A stretch of DNA of 56,955 nucleotides, the filler included, from Platydemus manokwari (Eukaryota), in NCBI GenBank assembly GCA_037951405.1. It is 5 parts of 5 records of this genome, joined end to end, with 100 filler letters (N's around TTAATTAATTAA, not from the genome) between each part and the next. Parts side by side here need not be neighbours in the genome. Positions count along the whole stretch, not along the records: positions 10,740 to 19,909 come from JBBMOY011288539.1; positions 20,010 to 30,141 come from JBBMOY011165546.1; 3 more parts are not named here. One strand, written 5' to 3'. Made by a program: the position numbers and the translations under genes. Of this stretch, positions 11,517 to 25,966 are shown one piece after another. Under the pieces are notes generated by a model, which was not told where the DNA came from, searched no databases, and worked only from the letters and a program-made list of their open reading frames with translations. Every line of letters begins with the position of its first letter. The stretch's first letter is position 1.

Positions 11517-12403
11517 CTCAATATCATGTGAAAGTTTAATTATGCGAGGCTTTTGAATATTTGACTAAATTGAAGATATGAGATATTGGATCGGGGGTTT
11601 TTAGATACACATTTTTAGAAGTTATAGCATAATGACTACATATAGTTTAAAATGTTGCTCAAAACTATTTGAACATTTATTATTGACATTTTCAAGTTGA
11701 TTTTTATTTAATAGAAATTTTATTTATCAAATAGATAATAGTTTGAAATTTTTGAAAAATATTAAAATTTGTATTTACGTCTAATGAACGTCAAATAAAA
11801 ACTTCATTGATAATAATACATATTTATTAGCAAAACAAGATTCTCGGCGATTTGTAGGTCACGAAATTATTCGTTGGTAAAAGGAGTCTTATGACATCAG
11901 TAGTTATGTAAAACTCAAATTTATTAACAGTTTTATAGTGATAATGTTTCGTCGGAAAACATTTAGTAATTCCAGAAAATATGTTGATTATTAATCCGCT
12001 TATTGCTTTTTCATTTCCATTGATCAAGTTTTCATATGTTTGATTCTCCTTCTTTAACATTTATTTCCCTGTCTCTTACCACTCTCACTCCATTTCACAT
12101 TCCTTCTTGTTACTTGGATACAAGAATGTTTTTTAGATTACACAATCTTTTGAACTTTTCAAAAAATGAGTATCAGTATGAAGATTCTTTGTTGAATGAT
12201 CGAGATTTAAACACCGTAATTTAACTAACATGAATTATATCAATAACCAAAAAAAACTTGCTAGAAATAATATTGAAATTTTAACTCATCATAAAATTTA
12301 AAAAAATCATTTTAGTTTTAAATGAATCTGAAAATCATCAGTTGATTTGTTTACAATTTAAGATAATTTATCAAAGGTCAGTCACTTTTACATCACGCAA
12401 CGA

Positions 12404-13439
12404 ATGGATGTGAAACCTATTAATTTCAGGCCAGTTTTCTTAGGCTCGTTGTCAAATAAATCACCGAATATATTTCGCTCCAATGCATTAGATGATAGAA
12501 ATTACAAATCTCTTCAATGGTTACGAGACACAATGAAAATCAAAACGTATGTGGATTTGAGAGAAAAGAATGAATGTCCATCACCAAGTTTATTACGTGA
12601 ATTTTATATCGATGGAAAATCTTCTGAAAACTGGAAATATCATCATAAATCTGGTAACCATGGATACAGATATCATATCGGATTCATAACTTTTACTTAC
12701 ATGTTGAATTTTATTCTATACAAATTAAATTGGTTTCAAATGTTGAAAACGATTTTCCTTTTATTCCAACATTTAATTTATAATAATTACAAATATCAAA
12801 ACTATGCAGGGTCGTGTTATGCGAAAATCGGTAATCTGGGTCAATTTTATTGTTCTTTACTTGATGATTGTCGAAGTGTTTACAAACAAATATTCCATTT
12901 AATGGTAAACATCGATAATTTCCCAATATTAATCGCCTGTAATCTTGGTAAAGATCGAACAGGAATGGTATCAGCTCTGGTAATGAATCTGGTGGGTTGT
13001 GATGATGAACTGATAATCAAAGAATATTGTAAAAGTGAAGTAAGATTTTCACCATCACTATTTTTGTAATTTTTATGATAAAATTTTATTCGATTTCCAG
13101 AATAATTTACTGCCCATCCAAAGACAAGTCGATCAATGCTTCATGGATTTAGGTGTGGGTAAAAGTTTTGCTGGATCACCACCAGAAGCTATAACGGCAA
13201 TGTTAAATCATTTGAAAAACAAGTAATGCTAATATCGATTATTTGCGATTATTATAAATCGATAATAAATGATTTCATTTGATCGAAATCAAATTCACAA
13301 TCAATAATAAAATATGTGAACAACGAATTCTGATATTTATAAACGATTTAGATATGGCGATGCCGAAGGCTATTTGAAATGCTGTGGATTAACAGGATTG
13401 GAAATCGAACAAATTAAACGAAATATTCTCAATCAATAA
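12404..13439 (+). CDS. Protein tyrosine phosphatase, PtpB/IphP-like (Y_phosphatase3 family)
   Basis: Exons 12404-13039, 13101-13222 and 13352-13439. Motifs NFR, IFRSN, YVDLR, P-loop CNLGKDRTG, EYCKSE and C-terminal KYGDAEGYLKCCG..IEQIKRNIL. An additional upstream exon cannot be excluded. Confidence 0.85.
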
Positions 13440-16400
13440 CAAAAAAAACATTTCTACAGAATCACTGTGCGGCATAAACATATCAAATTAGTCAATTATT
13501 GTTGCATTCCGAGTACTCCAGATTCTATTAACAACCTCAATTTGTGATGAGTTTCTCTGTCAGCTTGTTTGATTAATCTACAATCGATATTAAATCAGTA
13601 ATTTCATAGGAAAATGTTGAATGGTTTTTTTTACATATTTAAAATTAAACAATAACGGAATAATCTTGATGGTTATTATTGTATGATTAGAGAGAGTTGT
13701 GCTCAACAAATTATTAACCAATCACCAAGCATGATTTAGTTCAGTCGTAAATCCATATAAATCTGATATCATTTATTTTAGAAAAGAAGTGCCCATTCAA
13801 TATTATTATTGATTTTTTCTATTATTAAGGTTTTGACTAACTTTCCATTTTACCAAAGTCTTGTTTATAGTTTAATATGAAATTTTTTAGCGGATAGCAA
13901 TGATTTCATGCCACCAATATATGAAGTCTTCATCAATATGCATTTTATTGTTATTTCTATGTTAATGTTTTGTAGTGATTTATCGATATACTACTTATAT
14001 TGAAAATTTAACTGAAATTTCATTGAAACCATACGAATGAACTTGTTTATATTATAGCACATTTCGAATAGCATTTATTCAATATATCACTCTGAGAATA
14101 TTGGACAAAATAATTCCTTGTTGATGCTGCTAGTTGAGTTACGATATTATTAATGACAATGTTCAACACACTGAACATGTAAACTTTATGACAATTATCT
14201 CACATTATGTATTCCAAATGAATCAGTGTGTCAATAAATGTGGTTTTTGTTGAAATAATCAGCTGATATAATTGTGAATCTATATTTATATAATCTAGAT
14301 ATTTCCCGCATATATTGAATGTGGTGTGCTGATATGGTTGGTAGCTGCTAATATCATTAATTGATTGGACAACATCATAAATAATTGAGAAGATTTTATC
14401 ATAAATATCAACCAATAGAGATTTTAACCCTTTCAATACGACTTTTGGCCAGTGAAAATATTTTTGTATAAGTGAACTATATGTGCTGCAAATAAACAAA
14501 GGAACATATTTACATAATTTCAGATTTTTAGAAAATATGGTTTTTTGAAAAAATGCCTTGGGACACATATGTCCCTGCAGTAGTTTGATGCGAATATTTT
14601 TCGCATTAGTAATTTTTGGACATTCTCTGGCACTTATATTGAAAGGGTTAACCAAATAATCAATTAGTATAAACAATACAAAATCGGTACAGTTAGAATC
14701 AGGTTCCAGAGAGCCTATTTTAATGATAAATATAATTCACACGTATGCCCTGAATATCAACAGATATTTTCGGTCGTTATTTTTTATCAACTTACATGAA
14801 TAGTATTTTCAAAAACCAATGTCTGCACATTCAGTCTGATAATTTAATTATTGATAATTTTTTTAATCGTTCGGTGGTATTTTATTTGCTTTTTAATATT
14901 TCTTGGTAAATGAAATATTGATATTCATCCAAAAATGGCGAACAAAATCGATGTCCTATTTTCTTAATACCCGCTATTTGTTCTCATCAATCTATTGTTT
15001 GCGCTTAGACTATGACAATTAGAGATATAGACATTAAATTTCACTTTTTCTTGATAAGGTCCTGTCGCTGTCAATTTTCCGTCGCTTAACATCCTTATGT
15101 TTTTATTTCTGCATCTGATTTTGATAAAGAATTATAAATTCTGTAACCAGCCATAGATATTCAATTTAATGCACATTTCTCAGTTACGTGGTCCTCTCTA
15201 TAAATTGTTGCTATAGTTTCTATAAAGCATGACAATACATTTTCTGATGTGCTCTAAAGATTCCTTCTTACCAAATAGATTTTCATAATTTCAATCTTCA
15301 ATAACTACGAGAACACGATTTTCAAATTACGGTCTCTGTTAATGAAAAATGAAAGAATAACTATATTTCGAAAATTAAGAAATAATAATAACGATGAAAT
15401 TTAAATAATCTGTTCGCATAACGACTTTGACATAATCCATGATGATGTAGACTAGATACTACAGACTTTCGAGTAACGAATTACATTATAGTATTTTAAG
15501 GTACTATTGTAGAAATATATTTTTATAGTTTAGTTGGTCCAATAAAATAAGAAAACTTCACCTTTATTTTTGAAGGAAATAAAATCTTTAATATTTTATG
15601 TCAGTGCTTGATATTATTTTTTTAAAATTTTCAATTTTAGAACCATAATTCTATAGTATTTGTCTTCTAATTTATGAAACTTTCCAAATACTAAATAATG
15701 TTATAAAATCGTTTTCAAATTAGCAAATCAAATCAATCACAAGCATCACACCTGTTTTACTTCAAATTAATATCATTTTTTAAAATCTGAATCTGTTTTA
15801 ACATTTTGTGTGAAATCCACTTGGGCTTATTAGATATTTATAAAGATCACAAAATATGAGATTTGTTAAGATAATATATGAAATAAATGATATAAATGAT
15901 TGATGTCAAATGATAATATTACATTAAAATTTATCCAAACGGGAAAATTTTAATTCCACACTGAATATTCTGTTAATAACACAATTCAAAGTATGTCTTT
16001 ATAAATCATATTGATGTGTTCATATAGACCAATCTTATTCATTAATTAATTGAAGAAAATTTGAAAATTAAAACAATCTGTGTGAAGCATATGATGTTAT
16101 GAAATCCAAATCCAATTACAGCTGGTGCTCACATTCAAACGATAAATGATAATGAAGTTGAGCAGAAATATTATTGTGAATTCTACAATCTACGCATTAT
16201 TAATAAGCAGAATGAACTAAGAAATCAATTTATCAGTGATAAGCGATAAGGATTGGCAATATTCGAATTACGAAATAATTTCAATCCTTTTGATTTATAA
16301 GATTTTACGTGCTCACAAACTGAATCAGATATGAAAATCAGATACACCAATTCATCATTAAGAAGTATTTGATCGGTTTGTAGATACAAGTTTGATAAAT

Positions 16401-17114
16401 GCTGATTGTTGTTGTGAGGCACACAAATATTGATTTGGATTAAATTCAAACAAATTGGCAGATAAAGATAAAACACCGAATTGTTGGTTAATCAAAAATA
16501 AATCATCTTCAGTTATGTCTTTAATTTATTATTAAAATATTTATAATAATATTACACAATATAATAATAATCACGCTAATATAATAATAATAATATATTA
16601 TCATATAATATAAATTCAGAGATTTGCTGGCAACTTCAGCCATCATAAAGCTTTGCACCCGACTTATACGCGGAATCTCAACCGACAATTCCAGAACCAA
16701 CTAAGAATTTGTACCTGTACCATACTGGCACAAGCCATATTAATAAGAATAGCAAAATCTTAATCCATCAGTAGCATTTTTAATAATTATTGATTTTAAT
16801 TTTTTTCTTTGGAAAGAGGTTCACATTTTTATGGATTAAAATACCCATGTTAATCATGGCCCCAATTTTCAAAGCGTGTACACAAAACAGCATCAAATAG
16901 TTGTAAGTAATTCATAATTTATTGCAACCGTTATCAATTACTAATATGCTGAACATGATATCTCGAATCGAATATATTATATTCTCATAAACCAACCCAG
17001 CTATGTTAGTCAAAACTTGAAATGAAATAATATAACAGAAATTTTATTTTACTTACAATTAGTAAGCAGTTGATTTTTAACAAAGTATGATTTTTAGAAT
17101 AAAAAGTTTAAAAA

Positions 17115-17992
17115 TTACCTCTGCGCTTCATTTGGATCGGATCGTAGTGAGTTGATTATTTTCTGAATTTTCTCATCCAGCAAAGCTTCCTTGACACCGT
17201 CAGTGGCTAAAGCTTTTTCGACTTGGTTATCCAAAGAAGATTTGATAGCTGGATATTGAGTCGGATCATAGCCCGATATAATAACATCTTTGGACTTTGG
17301 ATTAGAACTTTCAGTTGGCATTTGTTTAGAAAAGTGACTCCCTTAGCATGAAATATTTAGAAACCATAATAATTCGTTTTGTTTTACCTAATAAATGACC
17401 AAATTTCATTAACATGTTTTGTGTTTCTTTGTCATCTTTGTATTTTAAAATTGCAGCTTGGGGATTAGTTTCGAATTCTGATAAAATCACTGCCGTTCTT
17501 GGATCACTCAACCAAGATGATAGTTGAGTATCATCGGAAACTGTGTTGAGCAAATCATTTGTTAGCCATCCGTCTAAATTCATTGAAAGTAGGTAAAATA
17601 TCAGAAATTTAATCTTAAAGTAAAAGGAAAATAAAAATTCGAAGTTTACTTTTCTTATTTTCTTCTTGAATTTCTTTAAAAATTAAATTTTCTTTTGCAA
17701 CATTAGGTTTGGCTTTTAAAAATGGCACATTGTCTTTAGTAGCACGCTTTTTCTCAGGTAAACCACTGGATAAAAAACCTTTTTTCATCCCTCCAAAATC
17801 TACATTATTTTCTGTTTTCTTGCTGATGACATTCTAAATTTTATGATATATAAATTGAGATTTATGTTTATGGTCTGCTTATCTCACTGTATTATTTTGA
17901 TTTGAATTATTGGATTTAATTAACGCGTTTTTATCTCTAACAGTTTTGATAACTTCTGACAAATCTTCCAATTCTGGAATATCTGAATCCAT
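17115..17992 (-). CDS. Uncharacterised protein with STI1/HOP DP-like repeats
   Basis: Four phase-compatible exons: MDSDIPELEDLS..., FGGMKKGFL, WLTNDLL...LSDPR...FETNPQAA..KY, and VKEALLDEKIQKIINSLRSDPNEAQR. The 3' end is uncertain (stop at 17115 or a donor at 17118). Confidence 0.7.
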
Positions 17993-19532
17993 TTAATATA
18001 TTTAAAACAGCAACTGTAACTATGCAAATGTTAAATATTTAAACAAAGTACTCCTTAAAGATACTAAAATTTTCTTTTACCGAATTTAAATTAATTATTT
18101 TTATTTAATTAATGTAACATTTTCAGAAAGCATTCAAAATAATTATTATAGATTTTATTTTTTACTTAATTATTAAAATTAACCAACAATTATAAAACAA
18201 TGATCATTTTTCATAATTAAAATGGGTCTGAATAATGTAAAACAAGGTAATGCATGCAAAATCCCTAAAAGAAAAATAATTAAATGAAATAAATTGACAA
18301 TTTACCTTGTGAATGCCAAATACAATAAAATATAACTGAATGACCGTAGTATTTATGTTGTATCTTAAAATAAGATAGCATGTTTTCTAATTTTCTCAGA
18401 GTCTATTATTTTAAAACCATTTATTGGAAAAGATCCTTTCATTTTATTCCGGCTTTCAAATTAATGTCACCGAATCAAATATAACAAAAATGTAAATACA
18501 TGGTTAAAACTAATAAATATTTTTGATGTGGTTTGGTATCAAGAGACATATTCAAATGGGTTCCGTCAGTTATGTTTTTAAAAAGTTTTTTTTCAAAGGT
18601 GCTTTGTGGGCAACTGGTTTTGTTTGGACAAACTTGAATTTTCCAATAGCTTTTCGTAACACTTGATAACAAAGTATATGTTAAATATTTTAAGATTTTA
18701 ACCAAATGCAAATTTCTTGATATATTTGAAATGGTGTTAAATTGAAAAGAGGATTCGTTGGTTATTTAAATGAATAAGTACGATGATGATTAATATTAAG
18801 GTTATAATAAGAGCCCAGCAATATAATCAAATGTCAATGTAATCAAATATCTTTGTTTACGTAATAAAAGCTTCATCTCAATTTCTTCACAGAAATCAAA
18901 CTCATGGAAATGGAAATAAATGGACTTCAAAAAATTAACCAAATTTTTCTTCTACTTTAAATAAGTTTATGATCTTAGTAATCATTATTTCAGTCTTTAT
19001 TGTAGCATTCTTTGTTAAACATTTACATTGAAAATGGGAACCAATTGTGCGGTTTTAGGGTCACTGTTTTTATTTATTTTATTTTATTTTTATTGTTTTT
19101 AATCGAAATTTATGGCTTAATCAGTTCTCAGAGTCTGTGTTGACCTTCAAGTAGTTATATGACCTATGTATTTTGATATTGCTTAGTCTTGAACTTCTCA
19201 ACTTAAGCGAAAATTTGTGGAACGCCGTAGAAATCAATTTAATTAACTTTGATCTTATTATTTTCTCTATTATTGTCTTATCGACGTTATTGATTTTACT
19301 ATCAGTTTCAATTAATTTAATAATGCATCAGAATAAATTCAAAAGGTGCTGAATGATAATGAAAAGTTTAATAATGAATTTATGACTCCTATAGATGCTA
19401 AATGCTAAATGAGTATCCAAAAAGTAATTTTTAACACCTAAATATGCATTAAAATTAAATGTTACAAATTCAATACTTTTATACACTTATATAATTTTTA
19501 AGCTGCTTATATACACATAAACGATGGAATTA

Positions 19533-19909
19533 CCGTAATCACCCAAGTATAATGCTCTCCCTACTTTTAAATTTAAAAACTGGTCTTTTTTCAAATACCC
19601 TAGTATAAAGCTCCCCTAAGTTTTCAAATTTTTCTGTTAAAAAATTAAGATTTTTTGTGAATAAAATTTTATTCCAGACAATTACATTTTCTGCAATTCA
19701 ATCAGAAATTACTTTGTTATCAAGGTCTGAAGGTAGCTTTTGAGTGATTTTTGTCTTCTTCCTTAGGCTTAGGTCATTTCTCTTCATGAACCTGTGGACC
19801 CAATTTAGAGAAGCCTTGAAACTTTGATCCCCCTTCCTTTTGAGAGCCTCTAGCTGGATATGAAGCATCGTGACAATGTAGCCATTGCATCTCTGGTCGG
19901 TTACCCACT
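19533..19909 (-). mobile_element. Internally deleted pogo/Tc2-like DNA transposon (CENPB-type HTH fragment plus one end)
   Basis: Translation WVTDQRCNGYIVT...FKASLNWVHRFMKRNDLSLRKKTKITQKLPSDLDNKV is typical of pogo/POGK transposases. End TA|CCGTA at 19531-19537 with two subterminal ACCC.AGTATAA repeats. No DDE domain. Confidence 0.85.
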
Positions 19910-20009
19910 NNNNNNNNNNNNNNNNNNNNNNNNNNNNNNNNNNNNNNNNNNNNTTAATTAATTAANNNNNNNNNNNNNNNNNNNNNNNNNNNNNNNNNNN
20001 NNNNNNNNN
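19910..20009. other. Artificial contig linker
   Basis: 44N-TTAATTAATTAA-44N. Confidence 0.97.
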
Positions 20010-20090
20010 GAATAAATCGATGGCAAAACGTGATGGCAAATTTTTATTTACAATTTTGTCCGCGAACTTTATTTACAACCTAATATAATG
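20010..20090 (-). mobile_element. End of a mariner-like element running into the gap
   Basis: Reverse complement reads TA-TTAGGTTGTAAATAAAGTTCGCGGAC, resembling mariner TIR starts (TTAGGTTG...). 80/81 identical to 30052-30132 in inverted orientation. Confidence 0.65.
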
Positions 20091-20379
20091 TCATTTAAAC
20101 AAATTTTGAGTATATTTCAATTTCAAAATATTTTTTAATTTTATTGAACTTGAACAAAAACCATGAAATTGTATTGAATGCGTCAATATATTCGCATTAC
20201 TATATCCACAATTTGGTGTATATCCAATATGCAATGAACTTCTTGTTGAACCCAACTGTTGAGCATCACCTTCAATTGTGTTTCTATTTTCGCTCATAAA
20301 AATTTCGATATGATAACACTATATATTTAAACTATTTATTTAATAATATCGGACTTATTTTTATTGACAATGACAGACT

Positions 20380-20910
20380 CTAAAGGTTGGCTTTATGGCA
20401 TATACAATCGTCGAGCGAATTAGACTATCTTTGTCTCACGGTTTACTGTGAACTCAGTAATGAGCTTTAGGGGTTTCTTATAATATGGCCAGTTCTCTTT
20501 TTCTGAACCTCTATTTATACGAATTTAGGACATTCATGGTAAACCACATAATAGATATTCTCACTCACAAAATGACCGACCCAGCCAATCTCGCAACCGC
20601 ACTTCTCTGGATTTCTGATAAGCTCCAAACGGAGAAGAAAACGATTTCGGCCACATGGTGGACAAAAACACGATTTGCCGCCCGAAAACTTAGCAAAATA
20701 CAGATAGACGCTGAATTTTACAATCACCATATGGAAATCTTGCTCAAACTCACAGTGGATAATAACAAAACATTCCATTTCAACTTTGATAACCGTGGTA
20801 AACTCTCCGATATACTTCATGATGCGGTCTCTATGTATGCCTTCAACAAATGGACCACCATGAAAAAGCAGGGCCGAATTGCTCACTGCTTCGGTGCACG
20901 CAACCTCTCC
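20380..20910 (+). mobile_element. Non-LTR retrotransposon relic (RLE-type, NeSL/Utopia-like), post-RT region
   Basis: ORF 20485-20958 has TWWTKTRFAARKL and DNRGKLSDILHDAV...KKQGRIAHCF, homologous to DNKNKPSDIRHDAV..KKQGRLVHCF in the RT relic at 28165-29330. Confidence 0.6.
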
Positions 20911-21928
20911 CAAAAACCGATTAGAATTTTATTCGTCATGCTTAAAGATTTAAATTGATATTTTATTATTTTTATTCTCCAATGATTTTCTTTTATATGT
21001 TTGAATTTTTGCTACCACGTATGATTTTATTGGAAAATATTTATTTTAAATTGCTAATTCCATTGTCAATTATATAATTATATTAACTTTATTAAATAAT
21101 TTATTATATAACTTTATTATTAAAAAATTTATTAACAATTCGATTATTATTATTTAGTATTAAACGGATTGTTGTTAGGATATATTGATACAATTTTTGC
21201 AACGATTCGTAATAAAACAATATATATATATAAGAATATTTAAAATATTTAGGATGAAGAATAGGAACATAACTCAAACCGTACTTCAATTCACAAATCT
21301 AATCCCAAAACTTTTTACCAATTTTTGCATATATTAAATCGAAAGAACTTTTGATCATTTTTATTCCTGTGTATCTAACTCGTTAAATTTTAAATAGTTC
21401 ATTAAATTAATTCAGCATGTTTCATTTATGTTATAATACTTTTCTAATAAATAAATTATAAAAATTTAGAATACTCTTTCAACTACCTCCAAAAATAAGA
21501 GAAGTGCCTGATAACGTGCAAAAAAATTACAATTTGACGTATTTTATGCACTTTTCAAATAACATTTTTAATTCTCAACTTCGATTTTTGATTTCAAAGT
21601 ATAAAATTCTTTCTAAACACTGAAAACGAAATTTCAACGCCTTAATTTTTATATTCATTAAAATTTAAATTTTATTTTAGGATCTCTTTTATTAATTTTA
21701 GCGGTTATATTTATTAAACTATTATATTTGTGAACTGATATCGATTTATATTCTGATATCGATTAACATGTTAACATAATTTTGAATGTATAAATCAAAT
21801 CAATCAATCAATAATTACACCTTATAATATTATATCAATTATTTATGAATACAATTATGAATAAATTAATTATCCATTGACAACATAATTTTGAATTAAT
21901 CACAGCCAAATCAATCGTCTCGTCTTAC

Positions 21929-24900
21929 CTGGAATACATGATTGCAGCTTCAACTATTTTCATGGTCTGAAATATCGATATCAATTCATTGAAACACGTT
22001 TTAACAAGGCCATACCAATATTAACAATGTGACCACAAATTCCAATCGACAACCTTGTTTACTGAAATAAATTCGAACTCCCATTGCGATACTTTTCGAC
22101 ATTTGTTCACAAATGTATAAAATAATAAATATCCAATTGAAAATCTGATGAAATACATCAATATATACACACACACATAAATATTAATTGATTTAAAAAA
22201 TCAATAATTATCGAAAAATTTAATTACTATTTATAGAAACAATTTCAATTTCATAGATTAACAAATGACTTACTTCCAAGCTATGTGCTTCTGTGGTTCC
22301 TTTTTCAAATTTATTGCTAACATCAATCTAGTGTATATGATGATGAAATATGAAGGTTTATGAATATAATACAATACTCACAGCTATAACAAGAATATTG
22401 GCAAAACATATCAACAAACCAATGATCTCAAACCATCTAGATAAAATGAATTTCTGGAATTGTATTAATCGAGGGCTTTCGTATTTCGGTACAGTTAAGA
22501 ACTAAATAAGAAACGTAATCTCGATTATTGTGATACCAATGACACATATTACGTCATTAATTATTAATATTACAATGCTAACAATATTTATAACAATATC
22601 ACTATTGACAACAACAATATAGTTGATGTATTTATAAGAATATTGTAAATCAATACAACAACATTCACTGTAAAAGATAAGCATATCAATATCGATAAAT
22701 ATATCCAATATTATGTATTAAACAACATTTATAATAATTGCTATTGGATATTTGTGAAAACACATTTCAATATAATTGATTAATTTGTATTATCATTACT
22801 AGAGTTGCAATGAGGTGGTGTTGTAAATGGTAAATGCCGATAAAATATTCTATGAAACTATTTTATTTCATCATCATGTACTTGTTGTGATAAATGATGT
22901 TAGGAAAATATAGGCAACACAACAATCAAATGAAAATTCGATTAATCAATTCTCCAACCGATCTATAACAGAATAAATCACCAATAATTATCGACAATTG
23001 TATAACAATTCATTACAAAACCATTGCTATTTTATTCAACAATTGCTGATATTTTATTTGATTGGAGATTTAGATTTGAAAAACATAAAAATAAGATCTT
23101 ATTTCTAACAACATTTGATGAAGCAAAATTGCGTTATATTTTATCATTAATGGTATTAAATTAACAATATAAAGGAAATAAGAATAGAGAGATATTATCA
23201 CCATGAACAGTTGAGGGTAATATTCCACTCACATAAAAATATGGGGGGAAAACGTTAAATTGATTCACATAGACATCAATAAGCACAAAACAAATCACAA
23301 GAATCTTGCAAAAATCGGAAAACAATAAATTAGTGGTTTGATAGAAAGAAGGATATCTTAAACGATACTGGGCTATTTGAAGATAATTGCTTGAATTCTA
23401 AAATCGAATTTGTATCTTGATTATGATAAATATTTTGGGTTACATATCACAGTTATTGATTTGCAGATTTCATTGTTGGGTTTTTGAAAATCCATGACAA
23501 AATCAATTCAGTCTCAAGTGTTAACTTATTTTATTGATTCAATCAAATGCCGAAAGCCATGGCAACAAATAAAAATCATATACATATAAATTCTTTTTTA
23601 TCATTACCTCAAAACTATTAATAAAATAACCAAAATCAATTTAATATTTTAATTTATTGGGGAAAAATCAAACTAGTTATACCAAATTTGATCTATCAGT
23701 CACCATTCTATTATAAAACCATTTCTATTAGAACCAGATAAAAGAGATGGCCAGTATATTTTCAAATTCATCAATAAAATATATCAAATCAAATACATTA
23801 TAGAGATAGTCGATAAGTTTAGAAAGCACATTTATGCAGCGATCAATCAACAGATATACAATAATAAATTTATCCAAGCTAGTTAATGTATGGAAATTGT
23901 TTCGAAACAACTTTCAAATCAGATAAAATATATCAGATAAAACATGAGGGAAAGATCTAATTGAAGGAGTTAGAATAAAGTGCTGTTGTTCCGTTCAAAA
24001 TAAACAAAAAATATAAGACTAAAAAACCTACAAAGATCAAAGAGAGATAATATTATAATATATTATATTTAAAATATTTGTGAGCATTTTAAACTGAATT
24101 AAAATTTTGAAACATTTAATTTTGTTTAAAGTTTGATTTTGTATAGAATTATATTTATTTGTTTAAATAATTGGATTTAAATAGAATTTGGTGTCGGGAT
24201 TTTTCAGTTCGATTGTAATATGTGGTTTTTGAAATAATCGAGGCTTACAGCGCGACCAAGCATCAGGATTTGATTTTCAGAAAATCAATAACTGAAAATT
24301 ATGGAAAAGATGTTGAGAATATATAGATATTAATTGAAGATATAAATAAGATGTAGAGAAAATATAAAGTAGATGTAAAGTAGATATCAAGACTTAGAGA
24401 AGATATAAAGCACAAAGGCGAACTAGAGTTTTTGTATGCAGATAGATATGTGAGCTTTAGGTACAATGTCAATTAAGAATACAATGAAAGGGGGTGCGAG
24501 CTTATTAAATTGAAAATTTTTAAGGATTTAATTTGGTATAAAGTTTGACGTAATATAAAATTTAATATAAAATATTTTTGTATAAATTAATTAATTTGTT
24601 TAAATATTTTTAGTTAAATATATTTTGGTGTCTTGGCTATTCAGTTCGTTTGTAATGTGTCGGAAATGGTTGGGGCTTACAGTATTCATGCCACTGAATA
24701 ATCGATCATTCAAATAATCTATTCAATATATTTATATAATTCAATAATCGATAAATCAAATAATCTATTCAATATTAATTTGATAAATCATTCAGATTCA
24801 TATTTATAAATTACCGTTTTTGATTCCTTGTGTTCATCCAAAGATACAAAAATGAATTTCATATTTTCCCAATCGATTTTATCGGTGCCAAGAGAATCGA

Positions 24901-25966
24901 TTGTCTTAAATGATGTCACAATATCAAATCATACATGTTACCAATGAGATCAATAAATGATTATTTACAAGGCTACCTTATTCATTTCTATTTTTCTCCA
25001 TTGATGAATATTCGAATTATTTATCACTCGTTTCAATGTCTCTACATCAACTTCATCACTAATTCAATCATTATTCAAATAAATCAATACATATTCAATG
25101 AAATATCATTTTACTGATAAATTGTCATATCTGTTTTATTGGAATTTCCTTTCAATACTTCATAGAATGCCCTTGAAGCCACACGTCTCCTCACTAACGA
25201 TGCTTGCATCGAGTCCTGTTTATAGTGAATCAGAATCATCATAACAATAATCATTCATCATAAAATCATTTTGGTCTAACAGAACATGCGTGGGTCACAC
25301 CATGTCAACAAATAAATACAAATCATGAACTAATGTTATTAAAATGTTCAAAATTTTTCAACCAGATACTTCCCGTTTATAAAGATCACCATTCATGTAA
25401 ATACAACAGTTAGGAGAATTGCAATAAGTTTTAAAAATTTGTTTAAAAATTCAAATTTATCATTAAAATTCAATTGTCAAGTTTTTCGTGAACAAATTCA
25501 CGTTTTAATCGATATATCATCATTTAGGCAATCATGAATTAATTAATTAATCTAATAATAATAGCCTAAATAATAATAATAATGATAATAATATCATTAT
25601 AACTGTTATTAATATCTATATTTATAAAAAATTGATAAAATAATTGTTAAAATAAATAGATTATTACTCTTCCATATCTATACACTTACAAGGACATGAT
25701 TGCGGAACTCATTGAATACAATAGCTATGAGAACGTTCATGAATACAAATATACCCACTGACATAAATATAATGAAAAATATGAATGCCAGACGATTTTG
25801 GTTATAAACTTTGATCATAGCTGTAATAATAATAACAAATATAAATCAACAAATATCATATCATATCTACACATGTGTTCATACCATCAGGATTGTTTGC
25901 TGTTGTCAATAGGACGAGTAACGTAAATAATGCATTATAAAATGATCCATAATTGCTATCGAATAC
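21929..25966 (-). CDS. TPCN2: Two-pore channel 2, internal exons only (domain I pore to domain II S3)
   Basis: Spliced exons encode LLVLLTTANNPD (25885-25966), YNQNRLAFIFFIIF...FMNVLIAIVFNEFR (25690-25820), SMQASLVRRRVASRAFYEVL, PKYESPRLIQFQ...WFEIIGLLICFAN, FNWIFIILYICEQMSK..AMG and TMKIVEAAIMYSR. The 5' and 3' exons were not found in the window. Confidence 0.9.
24079..24681 (+). mobile_element. TRIM-like miniature LTR element in a TPCN2 intron
   Basis: Two direct TG...CA repeats (24079-24249 and 24495-24681), a 245-bp non-coding interior, purine tract GAAAGGGGG abutting the second LTR, and flanks ATATT/GTATT. Confidence 0.75.

Noticed and set aside
14200-14676. 158-aa minus-strand ORF
   Set aside because: No recognisable motif and no consistent splice model. 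It could be a decayed gene.
20515-20913. 132-aa minus-strand ORF
   Set aside because: Antisense shadow of the non-LTR relic.
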